Of a DNA stretch of 64,000 nt, positions 7,891 through 16,298 are shown in pieces. Origin of the DNA: Thauera sp. (GTDB lineage Bacteria; Pseudomonadota; Gammaproteobacteria; Burkholderiales; Rhodocyclaceae); NCBI RefSeq assembly GCF_035444905.1, contig NZ_DAOMPS010000014.1, positions 4,439 to 68,438 on the forward strand, given 5' to 3'. Within the stretch, counting starts at the first letter, position 1. Each line of letters starts with the position of its first letter. Position numbers and translations under genes: made by a program. The notes under the pieces are model-generated. The model was not told the DNA's origin and did no database searches. It saw nothing but the letters and a program-made list of their open reading frames with translations.

Positions 7891-9333
7891 CTAATTGGAG
7901 CCTTGGTTGTCCTCATCCGATCGGCGCTGGCCTTGCGCCTGTTGCCAAGCCGTGAATTCCGAGCGCCGCAGCCGGTAGCGGGCAATGTTGCCCTCATGCA
8001 GCTGGCGCAGGGCCGCCGTGAGCATTGCACGGAATGCCGCCAGGTCGGCTTCGATCGCGTGCGTACGTGCCTCCCTGGCGATGACGGTCTGGCTGGGGGG
8101 GCGCAAGCCCTTGACCACGGATTGCACTGCCTGGATCAGGGCTTCCCGGTACTTGATCTTGAGCGGATCGGGCTCGACCATCGTCTGCGTGATGGCCAGA
8201 TACCGCTGGCAGGACCGCTCGTAGGCCCAGACGAATACATCGCGCAGCAGGTCAATCCGGTTCAGTTCATATACGCCCAGAGTCCCTTCGACGTAGGCGC
8301 GTTCCGGTACATCGATGAAGGAAAGCGGACAAAGGTTGTGCTTGAAGAGCGGGATGTTGGCGCCAACGCGCGAGACGCGTTTGTTCACGTCTTCAAACGG
8401 CTGCAGGTAGGGTAGCTGCACCATCAGGAAGAAGGCCTGCTCGAACGGGTCGGGAATGGCAGTCGCCTTGTCCAGAAGAAGTGAAAAGCAGTCTTCGATG
8501 AGTTGCGGCAGCGCCAGCGGGTGAAACACCGTTCCCGAGATGTCCACCGGCCGACGGCGCAGGCGGCCGCTGGCTTCTTCATCGGGCATCAGGTCTTGCG
8601 ACAGGACCGCGTGCAGGTTCTTGAAGGTGAAGGCGTCAAGGCCCACCTCTTCCGCGCCCTCGATCAGCATCTCGATCGCCGCCTTGTGGTTCAGGATCAT
8701 CTGCGTTTCGATGGCGTCCTTACCCTTGGCGACCTGACCAAACTCGATCAGATTCTGGGTGTCGAGCCGGCTATAGGTGTTGCCCTCCAGTCTCGATGAG
8801 GCCCAGGACAGATCGACCAGCAGGCGGCTCAGGATGTCCCGTGCATAGGTACCTGCGGGTCGCTCGCTGTCGGACGTGCGCCCCATCTCGTGCAACTGGT
8901 GGCGCAGCGTTTCAGGCAGGTAGAAGGTTTCGCCGGGGACGTAAGCCTCCAGAAAGTCACGCTGATAACCGACCGGGCGGCGATGCATCAGGGGTCGCCT
9001 CATCTGGTCGCGGATGGCGGCACCTTCCGGGGATAAGGGCACATACAGCGCCGTTTCGGTCGGTGCCGTGGTAGTCGGTGTCGCCGGACCAATGGCTTGC
9101 ACCGCGCGATCGGAGGCCGGCTTGTAGACCAGGGCGACGCTTTCGCCCTCGGTGGTCAGGCGCCGCTCGACGACGAGCCTCTGCAGGCGGCGTTGCAATG
9201 TACGACGGTTGGGCTTGGTGCCTTGGCGCCGAGTCATTTCGAGTTCAATGTCGGCAATGCCGATTCCGACCGGATGTGCTCCGACGACGGATGCGATCAG
9301 CTCGAGTTCTTGTTGCAGCGTGGTGCGTGGCAT
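7891..9333 (-). CDS. Fic-domain protein with N-terminal wHTH-like region and degenerate catalytic motif
   Basis: Fic_N-type SxxxEGN (SSRLEGN, 8782..8799). At 8368..8403 the core motif reads QPFEDVNKRVSR instead of HPFx(D/E)GNGRxxR. The track ORF runs to 9528, but that extension covers the palindromes at 9358..9421 and the motif copy at 9519..9538. ATG 9333 has GAGGAG 9 nt upstream. The region looks lower in GC than its flanks. Confidence 0.8.
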   Translation of the reverse strand: MPRTTLQQELELIASVVGAHPVGIGIADIELEMTRRQGTKPNRRTLQRRLQRLVVERRLTTEGESVALVYKPASDRAVQAIGPATPTTTAPTETALYVPLSPEGAAIRDQMRRPLMHRRPVGYQRDFLEAYVPGETFYLPETLRHQLHEMGRTSDSERPAGTYARDILSRLLVDLSWASSRLEGNTYSRLDTQNLIEFGQVAKGKDAIETQMILNHKAAIEMLIEGAEEVGLDAFTFKNLHAVLSQDLMPDEEASGRLRRRPVDISGTVFHPLALPQLIEDCFSLLLDKATAIPDPFEQAFFLMVQLPYLQPFEDVNKRVSRVGANIPLFKHNLCPLSFIDVPERAYVEGTLGVYELNRIDLLRDVFVWAYERSCQRYLAITQTMVEPDPLKIKYREALIQAVQSVVKGLRPPSQTVIAREARTHAIEADLAAFRAMLTAALRQLHEGNIARYRLRRSEFTAWQQAQGQRRSDEDNQGSN

Positions 9334-9357
9334 CGCGAAAAGCTCCTCGGGGGATTC

Positions 9358-9395
9358 TGTCGCGCTTTGTCGCGCCTGAGCGACAAAGCGCGACA
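9358..9395. promoter_or_regulatory. Perfect 16-bp inverted repeat (candidate operator of the Fic gene)
   Basis: TGTCGCGCTTTGTCGC-gcctga-GCGACAAAGCGCGACA lies 25-62 nt upstream of ATG 9333. Further GTCGCGC half-sites are at 9402..9408 and 9415..9421. Confidence 0.5.
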
Positions 9396-9518
9396 AGAGT
9401 GTGTCGCGCAAGTGGTCGCGCTTCAAGTTGAATCTTTCGCCTGCCGGCTCACCTGCAGCGAGCACGCTTGACACCTCGTGCGGAGGCTTGGGCAGGTCAC
9501 CTTCGGGCAGGCGTTTTC

Positions 9519-9538
9519 GTAGTCTCAACGGACGATGA
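9519..9538. promoter_or_regulatory. Copy of recurring motif (GTAGTC-N5-GGACGATGA)
   Basis: GTAGTCtcaacGGACGATGA lies 62 bp upstream of ATG 9600. Confidence 0.45.
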
Positions 9539-9599
9539 TGGCGCCGCCGCCTCTTCGCACAATGCCCTCACGTATCCGACCAATCTCTTGGGGGCAGCA

Positions 9600-10502
9600 A
9601 TGATCGACATCCGCGGTTTGGCCTACTTCGTCGCGCAGATCGACGACCTCGCCGAATGGAAGCATTACGCCGAGGAGGTGCTCGGCATGATGACCTCGAC
9701 CGCGCCTGGCGGCGGTCTGTACATCAAGATGGACGAGCGCCCCTTCCGCATCCTGGTGGTGCAGGGCGCCGAGCGCCGCTATGTGGCGTCGGGCTGGGAG
9801 CTGGCGGGTGACGACGCCTTCAAGGCCGCGCTCGCCGAACTCGACGCCAAGGGCGTGGGCTACGAGCTCGCCGATGCCGCCACCGTCGCCCAGCGCGGCA
9901 TGCAGGCGGTCGCGGTGGTGACCGACCCCTCGGGCAACCGCCACGAGCTGTGCTGGGGCCACCTGTCGGACTGCCAGCCCTTCGTGTCGCCGCAGGGCGT
10001 GCCGCGCTTCCTCACCGGCGACATGGGCCTGGGCCACACCGTGATGCCGGCCCCCAACTTCGACGCCACCGCGGCCTTCTTCCGCGACGTGCTCGGTTTC
10101 GGCCTGTCGGACATCTTCAATTTCCGTCCCGATCCCTCGGCGCCGCCGGTGCGCATCCACTTCCTGCACTGCAACAACGCCCGCCACCACAGCCTGGCGA
10201 TCGCCGAGTACCCGGTGCCGAGCGGTTGCGTGCATGTGATGGTCGAGGTCGACTCGATGACCGAGGTCGGCCGCGCCCACGACCGCCGCATCGCGCACAA
10301 GGTGCCGCTGTCGGCCACCCTGGGCCAGCACCTCAACGACCGCATGATCTCCTTCTACATGAAGACCCCCTCGGGCTTCGACCTCGAGTACGGCTACGGT
10401 GGGCTGCAGTGCGACTGGGAGCGCCACAACGCCTTCGAATTCACCCGCGTCAGCATCTGGGGCCACGACTTCGGCGTGGGTCAGCAGGAACAGGCCGCCT
10501 GA
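9600..10502 (+). CDS. Type I extradiol ring-cleavage dioxygenase (HsaC/TesB/BphC-like, VOC fold)
   Basis: Track ORF 9468..10502 trimmed to ATG 9600. It is 300 aa with two VOC modules: MIDIRGLAYFV..., GLGHTVMPAP, HHSLAIAE and FYMKTPSGFDLEYG. Confidence 0.9.
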   Translation: MIDIRGLAYFVAQIDDLAEWKHYAEEVLGMMTSTAPGGGLYIKMDERPFRILVVQGAERRYVASGWELAGDDAFKAALAELDAKGVGYELADAATVAQRGMQAVAVVTDPSGNRHELCWGHLSDCQPFVSPQGVPRFLTGDMGLGHTVMPAPNFDATAAFFRDVLGFGLSDIFNFRPDPSAPPVRIHFLHCNNARHHSLAIAEYPVPSGCVHVMVEVDSMTEVGRAHDRRIAHKVPLSATLGQHLNDRMISFYMKTPSGFDLEYGYGGLQCDWERHNAFEFTRVSIWGHDFGVGQQEQAA

Positions 10503-10528
10503 GCGCGGCCGGCAACAGGAAAGAATCC

Positions 10529-11404
10529 ATGAACAAACTGATGACGACGGCCGATGTCGTCGCCCAATTGCGCGATGGCATGACCATCGGTTTCGGTGGC
10601 TGGGGCCCGCGGCGCAAGCCGATGGCGATCGTGCGCGAGATCCTGCGCTCGGACGTGAAGGACCTCACCGTGGTGTCCTACGGCGGCCCGGACGTGGGCA
10701 TGCTGTGCGCCGCCGGCAAGGTCAGGAAGCTGATCTTCGGCTTCGCCACGCTGGATGCCATTCCGCTCGAGCCCTGGTACCGCAAGGTGCGCGAGGCGGG
10801 CAAGCTCGAACTGCTCGAGCTCGACGAAGGCATGTGGCAGTGGGGCCTGCGTGCCGCCGGCATGCGTGTGCCCTTCCTGCCCACGCGCTGCGGTCTGGCC
10901 ACCGATGTCACCAAGCTCAACCCCGAGCTCAAGACCATCCAGTCGCCGTATGACGACGGCGAGGTGCTGCTGGCGATGCCGGCCCTGAAGCTCGACGTCG
11001 CGCTGGTGCACGTCAATGTCGCCGACCAGCTCGGCAACACCCTGATCCAGGGCGGTGACCCGTATTTCGACCACCTCGTCGCACGTGCGGCAGACGCCTG
11101 CTACGTGTCGGCCGAGCGTGTCGAGGAGCGCCTGGCGCTCACCCCCGACCAGGCCCGCCTCAACACCTTCGAGCGCTACCTGGTGAAGGGCGTGGTACAT
11201 GCGCCCTGCGGCGCCCACCCGACCACCTGCGCGCCCGAGTACGGCTGGGACATGAGCCACTTCAAGCGCTACGTCGCCAGCGCGGCGGAAGAGGGCGGCT
11301 GGCAGGCCTACATGGACGAGTTCGTCACCCCGGGCGAGGCCGCCTACCAGGACAAGAACGGCGGCATCGAGCGCATGGGCAAGCTGCCCCTGCCGGTGTT
11401 TTGA
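10529..11404 (+). CDS. ipdA: CoA-transferase subunit A (IpdA/ScdL1-like)
   Basis: Tail of track ORF 9950..11404 from ATG 10529 (aggaaagaatcc upstream). It has GMTIGFGGWGPRRKPMA and ELLELDEGMW, typical of the glutaconate-CoA-transferase A family. It sits just after the dioxygenase, as in steroid ring C/D clusters. Confidence 0.85.
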   Translation: MNKLMTTADVVAQLRDGMTIGFGGWGPRRKPMAIVREILRSDVKDLTVVSYGGPDVGMLCAAGKVRKLIFGFATLDAIPLEPWYRKVREAGKLELLELDEGMWQWGLRAAGMRVPFLPTRCGLATDVTKLNPELKTIQSPYDDGEVLLAMPALKLDVALVHVNVADQLGNTLIQGGDPYFDHLVARAADACYVSAERVEERLALTPDQARLNTFERYLVKGVVHAPCGAHPTTCAPEYGWDMSHFKRYVASAAEEGGWQAYMDEFVTPGEAAYQDKNGGIERMGKLPLPVF

Positions 11405-11418
11405 GGAGCGCGAGCGGC

Positions 11419-12219
11419 ATGAGCAACAACACTGAATTCACCCTGGCCGAACTGATGATCGTCGCGGCCTCGGAAGCCTGGCGCGGCGACGGCGAGGTGC
11501 TGGCCTCGGGCATCGGCGTGATCCCGCGCCTGGGCGCCAGCCTGGCCAAGCTCACCTACGCCCCCGAGCTGCTGATGACCGACAGCGAATGCTTCCTGGT
11601 CGAGGAGCCGATTCCGCTCGGCCCGCGCGGCGACTATGTGCCGAAGTACTCCGGCTACATGTCCTTCGAACGCGTGTTCGAGTGCGTGTGGGGCGGCCGC
11701 CGTCACGCCATGATCGGCCCGACCCAGATCGACCGCTTCGGCCAGACCAACCTGTCGGTGGTGGGCGACTACAGGAAGCCCAAGGCCGCCATCCTCGGCG
11801 TGCGCGGCCTGCCGGGCAACAGCATCAACCACATCAACTCCTTCTTCGTGCCCAACCACAGCAAGCGCGTGTTCGTCGAAGGCGAGGTGGACATGGTGTC
11901 GGGCGTCGGCTTCAACCCGGCGCGCTGGGAACCCGGCATGAAGCAGGACTTCATGGACATCCGCCGCATCGTCACCGATCTCTGCGTGCTCGACTTCGAA
12001 GGTCCGGAGCACGCCATCCGCGTGCGCTCGCTGCACCCGGGCGTCAGCTTCGACGAGGTGCAGGAGAAGACCGGCTTCCCGCTGCTGAAGGCGCCTGAGC
12101 TGGGCGAAACCCCGCATCCGACCGCGGCGCAGCTGGAGACCATCCGCCGCCTCGATCCGCACGACCTGCGTGGCGCACAGATCAAGGGCAACCCGCCCGG
12201 CATCCGCACTGCAGCCTGA
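11419..12219 (+). CDS. ipdB: CoA-transferase subunit B (IpdB/ScdL2-like)
   Basis: Track ORF 11401..12219 trimmed to ATG 11419 (GAGGAG upstream). It is adjacent to subunit A and has RFGQTNLSVVGDY and GVRGLPGN. Confidence 0.85.
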   Translation: MSNNTEFTLAELMIVAASEAWRGDGEVLASGIGVIPRLGASLAKLTYAPELLMTDSECFLVEEPIPLGPRGDYVPKYSGYMSFERVFECVWGGRRHAMIGPTQIDRFGQTNLSVVGDYRKPKAAILGVRGLPGNSINHINSFFVPNHSKRVFVEGEVDMVSGVGFNPARWEPGMKQDFMDIRRIVTDLCVLDFEGPEHAIRVRSLHPGVSFDEVQEKTGFPLLKAPELGETPHPTAAQLETIRRLDPHDLRGAQIKGNPPGIRTAA

Positions 12220-12241
12220 GGCCGCAAAGGAAGAAGCAGAG

Positions 12242-13153
12242 ATGAGCGCCCCCGACCAGAACTTCGTCACCCGCCCCGACAACGCGGTGTACGAGACCGA
12301 CAGCCCGGTGCACTACGCCGTGGCCGACGGCATCGCCACGGTGACGATGAGCCGTACCGAGTTCAACAACGCGCAGAACTCGCAGATGACCTATGCGCTG
12401 GACGCCGCCTTCCGCCGTGCGGTGGATGACGACGCGGTCAAGGTCATCGTGCTGCGCGGCGATGGCAAGCACTTTTCCGCCGGCCACGACATCGGTACGC
12501 CGGGGCGCGACATCAACAAGCCCTTCGACCGCGTGCACCTGTGGTGGGACCACACCAACAAACCCGGCGGCGAGTACCTCTACGTGCGCGAGCAGGAGGT
12601 CTACCTGAACATGTGCCGGCGCTGGCGCGACCTGCCCAAGCCGACCATCGCCATGGTGCAGGGCGCCTGCGTCGCCGGCGGGCTGATGCTGGCCTGGGTG
12701 TGCGACCTGATCGTCGCCAGCGACGACGCCTTCTTCCAGGACCCGGTCGTGCGCATGGGCATCCCCGGCGTGGAGTACTTCGCCCACCCCTACGAGCTCA
12801 ACCCGCGCATCGCCAAGGAATTCCTCATGACCGGCGACCGCATGGGGGCCGAGCGCGCGTACCAGATGGGCATGGTCAACCGGGTGGTGGCGCGCGAACA
12901 GCTCGAGGCCGAGACCTACGCGCTCGCCGCGCGCATCGCCAAGCAGCCGCGCATGGGCCTGGCGCTGACCAAGCAGGCGATCAACCACGTCGAGGACCTG
13001 CAGGGCAAGCGCACCGCGATGGATGCGGTGTTCGCCTGGCATCACTTCGCCCACACCCACAACGAACTGCTGTCGGGCGACAAGCTCGGCGGCTATGACG
13101 CGAAAGCCATGGCCAGCGCCAACAAGCAGGCCGCCGGCGAGCGCAAGGCATGA
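12242..13153 (+). CDS. Enoyl-CoA hydratase/crotonase (EchA20/ScdN-like by position)
   Basis: Track ORF 12170..13153 trimmed to ATG 12242. It has the crotonase motifs VIVLRGDGKHFSAGHDIG and VQGACVAGGLMLAWVCD. Confidence 0.88.
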   Translation: MSAPDQNFVTRPDNAVYETDSPVHYAVADGIATVTMSRTEFNNAQNSQMTYALDAAFRRAVDDDAVKVIVLRGDGKHFSAGHDIGTPGRDINKPFDRVHLWWDHTNKPGGEYLYVREQEVYLNMCRRWRDLPKPTIAMVQGACVAGGLMLAWVCDLIVASDDAFFQDPVVRMGIPGVEYFAHPYELNPRIAKEFLMTGDRMGAERAYQMGMVNRVVAREQLEAETYALAARIAKQPRMGLALTKQAINHVEDLQGKRTAMDAVFAWHHFAHTHNELLSGDKLGGYDAKAMASANKQAAGERKA

Positions 13154-14292
13154 GTCACTCCGCCATGAATCCCGATTTCTCCGCGCTGCTGCGCACGCCG
13201 CTCACCGAGCGCCTCGGTTGCCGCTACCCCATCATCCAGACCGCAATGGGCTGGGTGGCGGATGCGAACCTGGTGATCGCCACCACCAAGGCCGGCGGCT
13301 TCGGCTTCCTGGCCGGCGCCACCATCGACGCCGACAAGATCGAGGGCGAGATCCAGAAGGTCATCGCCGCCACCGGTGGCAGCAACTTCGGCCTCAACTT
13401 CCACATGTTCCAGGAGAACGCCGCGCAGTGCGTCGACCTGGCGATCCAGTACAAGCTGCGCGCGGTGAGCTACGGCCGCGGGCCGGACAAGAAGACCATC
13501 GCCCGCTTCAAGGAAGCCGGCGTGCTGTGCATCCCCACCGTGGGTGCGCTGAAGCACGCGGTGAAGGCGGTCGAGCTCGGCGCCGACATGATCACCATCC
13601 AGGGCGGCGAGGGCGGCGGCCACACCGGCGGCGTGCCCACCACCATCCTGCTGCCGCAGGTGCTGGCGGCGGTGAAGGTGCCGGTGATCGCCGCCGGTGG
13701 CTACTCCACCGGGCGCGGCCTGGCCGCGGCGCTGGCCGCTGGTGCGGCGGGCATCGCCATGGGCACGCGCTTCCTGATGACCACCGACTCGCCGACGCCG
13801 CCGGCCACGCTCGACCGTTACGTCAAGGTCGACGACCCGCAGAAGGTGCGGGTCACGCTCGCGGTCGATGGCATGCGCCACCGCATGATCGAGAACCCCT
13901 TCATCAACAAGCTCGAGGGCGCCAGCCCGATGGGCCGGCTGCTGATCGCGCTCAAGAGCGCCTGGCACTGGAAGCAGCAGACCGGCATGAGCCTCGGCCA
14001 CATGCTCGGAGTGTTCCGCCAGGCGCTGAAGGAAGACCCGGGCGCCGTGTCGCAGACGGTGATGTCGGCCAACCAGCCGGTGCTGCTGCAGCGCTCGATG
14101 GTGGACGGCTTCCCCGACGAAGGCATCCTGCCCAGCGGCCAGGTGGCGGCGGCGATCGGCAAGCTCGAGAGCTGCGAGGACGTCATCCACGGCATCGCAG
14201 CCGAGGCCGAAACCTGCCTCGCCGCGCTGTACGCCCGCCTCGACGACGCGCGCGGCACCGAACCCTGCAAAGAGACCGCGGCCGTCGCCTGA
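13150..14292 (+). CDS. Nitronate monooxygenase-family FMN enoyl reductase (IpdC/ScdK-like by position)
   Basis: ATGA overlap with the preceding stop. It has PIIQTAMGWV, ITIQGGEGGGHTGG and VIAAGG. Confidence 0.88.
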   Translation: MSHSAMNPDFSALLRTPLTERLGCRYPIIQTAMGWVADANLVIATTKAGGFGFLAGATIDADKIEGEIQKVIAATGGSNFGLNFHMFQENAAQCVDLAIQYKLRAVSYGRGPDKKTIARFKEAGVLCIPTVGALKHAVKAVELGADMITIQGGEGGGHTGGVPTTILLPQVLAAVKVPVIAAGGYSTGRGLAAALAAGAAGIAMGTRFLMTTDSPTPPATLDRYVKVDDPQKVRVTLAVDGMRHRMIENPFINKLEGASPMGRLLIALKSAWHWKQQTGMSLGHMLGVFRQALKEDPGAVSQTVMSANQPVLLQRSMVDGFPDEGILPSGQVAAAIGKLESCEDVIHGIAAEAETCLAALYARLDDARGTEPCKETAAVA

Positions 14293-14355
14293 GCGAGCAG
14301 CCCGAGCCCCACCGCAACCCCAGACCCGACAAGAGACCCAACGGAGCCCGATAAC

Positions 14356-15108
14356 GTGAGCCAGGCCTTCCAGACAACGATCGACGGCGGCATTGCCGAA
14401 CTCGTCATCAACAAACCGCCGGTCAATGCGCTCGACAGCAGCGAGTGGTACGCGCTGGCGCACCGCATCGACGAACTCGGCCACGACCCCGAGGTGCGCG
14501 TGATCGTGATCCGTGCCGAAGGGCGCGGTTTCTGCGCGGGCGTGGACATCAAGGAGCTCGACGCTCACCCCGAGCGCATCGTCGCGGTCAACGGCGGCAA
14601 CTACGCCACCTTCAAGGCGGTGCACCGCAACCCGGTACCGGTCGTCGTCGCGGTGCACGGCTTCGTGCTCGGCGGTGGCATCGGCATCACCGGCGCGGCC
14701 GACATCGTGATCGCTTCCGACTGCGCCACCTTCGCGCTCCCCGAGGTCGATCGCGGCGCGATGGGTGGCGGCGCCCACCTGCAGCGCCTGTTCCCGGTGC
14801 AGAAGGTGCGCTACCTGTTCTTCACCGGCGAGAAGATCGGCGCGCGCGAGGCCGAGCGCTACGGCTTCATCGAGCGCATCGTGACCAAGGCCGAGCTGCG
14901 CGGCGCGGCGCTCGAGATTGCCCGCAAGATCGCCGAGAAGAGCCCGGCCATGATCCGCATCGCCAAGGAGGCGCTGAACGGCATCGAGGACGGCAACCTG
15001 GAAGACAAGTACCGCTGGGAGCAGGGCTTCACGCTGCAGGCCTACACCAGCCCCGACTCGGCGGAAACCCGCCGCGCCTTTATCGAGAAACGCGAAGCCA
15101 AGTTCTGA
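14356..15108 (+). CDS. Enoyl-CoA hydratase/isomerase
   Basis: GTG start after aacggagcccgataac. It has RGFCAGVDIKE and VHGFVLGGGIGITGAAD. Confidence 0.9.
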   Translation: MSQAFQTTIDGGIAELVINKPPVNALDSSEWYALAHRIDELGHDPEVRVIVIRAEGRGFCAGVDIKELDAHPERIVAVNGGNYATFKAVHRNPVPVVVAVHGFVLGGGIGITGAADIVIASDCATFALPEVDRGAMGGGAHLQRLFPVQKVRYLFFTGEKIGAREAERYGFIERIVTKAELRGAALEIARKIAEKSPAMIRIAKEALNGIEDGNLEDKYRWEQGFTLQAYTSPDSAETRRAFIEKREAKF

Positions 15109-15115
15109 GGACACC

Positions 15116-16285
15116 ATGGATCTCGCCTACACCCCCCGCCAGAAAGCCTTCCGCGAGGAAGTGCGCGCCTGGCTCGCGGCCAACCTGCCGCGCGAGCCCC
15201 TGGCCAGCTACGACACCCGCGAGGGCTTCGAGCAGCACCGCGAATGGGAGCGCAAGCTGTTCGATGCGCGCCTGTCGATGGTGATCTGGCCCGAAGCCCT
15301 CGGCGGACGTGGCTGCGACCTCATCGAATGGCTGATCTTCGAGGAGGAGTACTACGGCGCCGGTGCCCCGATGCGGGTGAACCAGAACGGCCAGCTGCTG
15401 CTCGGCCCGACGCTGATCGAATTCGGCACCGAGGAACAGAAGGCGCGCTTCCTGCCGCGCATGTCCTCGAGCGAGGACATGTGGGCGCAGGGCTGGTCCG
15501 AGCCCAACGCCGGTTCCGACATGGCGGCGATCACCAGCAAGGCCATCCTGTCGGCCGACGGCACGCACTACGTGGTCAATGGCCAGAAGACCTGGTCGAC
15601 GCGGGCGAGCTTCGCCGACTGGCTGTTCGGCCTGTTCCGCAGCGACCCGGGCTCGAGCCGCCACCACGGCCTGTCCTACCTCGCGGTGCCGCTGGACGCG
15701 CCGGGCGTGACCATCCGCCCGATCCAGGCGCTCAACGGCAAGCAAGCCTTCGCCGAGATCTTCTTCGACGACGTCAAGGTGCCGGTCGACAACCGCATCG
15801 GTGACGAGGGCCAGGGCTGGCACGTGGCGATGGCCACGGCCGGCTTCGAGCGCGGCCTGCTGCTGCGCTCGCCGGCGCGCTTCCAGTACACCGCGCGCAG
15901 GCTGGTCGAGCTCTACAAGGCGAACCGCGAGGTCGCCGACCGCGACCCGAGCATCCGCGACGCGGTCATCGAGGCCTGGACCGGCACCGAGGCCTACGCG
16001 CTGTCGGCCTACCACACCGTCGGCCGCCTGGCGAAGGGCGCCCGCATCGGCGCCGAGGCCAGCACCAACAAGATCTACTGGTCCGAGCTCGACCTGAAGA
16101 TGCACGAGACCGCGATGCGCATCCTCGGCCCGCTCGGCGAGCTCACCGGCGACGCGCCGGCCGCAGTCGACGCAGCGCGCTGGCTGGACGGCTTCCTGTT
16201 CGCCCAGGCCGGGCCGATCTACGCCGGCACCAACGAGATCCAGCGCAACATCATCGCCGAGCGCATGCTCGGCCTGCCGAAATAA
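15116..16285 (+). CDS. Acyl-CoA dehydrogenase, catalytic-type subunit
   Basis: 389 aa. It has WSEPNAGSD and a C-terminal IYAGTNEIQRNIIAERMLGLPK with the catalytic-base Glu context. Confidence 0.92.
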   Translation: MDLAYTPRQKAFREEVRAWLAANLPREPLASYDTREGFEQHREWERKLFDARLSMVIWPEALGGRGCDLIEWLIFEEEYYGAGAPMRVNQNGQLLLGPTLIEFGTEEQKARFLPRMSSSEDMWAQGWSEPNAGSDMAAITSKAILSADGTHYVVNGQKTWSTRASFADWLFGLFRSDPGSSRHHGLSYLAVPLDAPGVTIRPIQALNGKQAFAEIFFDDVKVPVDNRIGDEGQGWHVAMATAGFERGLLLRSPARFQYTARRLVELYKANREVADRDPSIRDAVIEAWTGTEAYALSAYHTVGRLAKGARIGAEASTNKIYWSELDLKMHETAMRILGPLGELTGDAPAAVDAARWLDGFLFAQAGPIYAGTNEIQRNIIAERMLGLPK

Positions 16286-16298
16286 GGAAGGGGCCGCC

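Noticed and set aside
9334-9528. N-terminal 65-residue extension of the Fic ORF (start at 9528)
   Set aside because: The extension would be translated through a perfect 16-bp palindrome and would overlap the conserved operator-like motif of the neighbouring operon. ATG 9333 has a good GAGGAG RBS, and the wHTH-like domain begins right there. This is not fully excluded.
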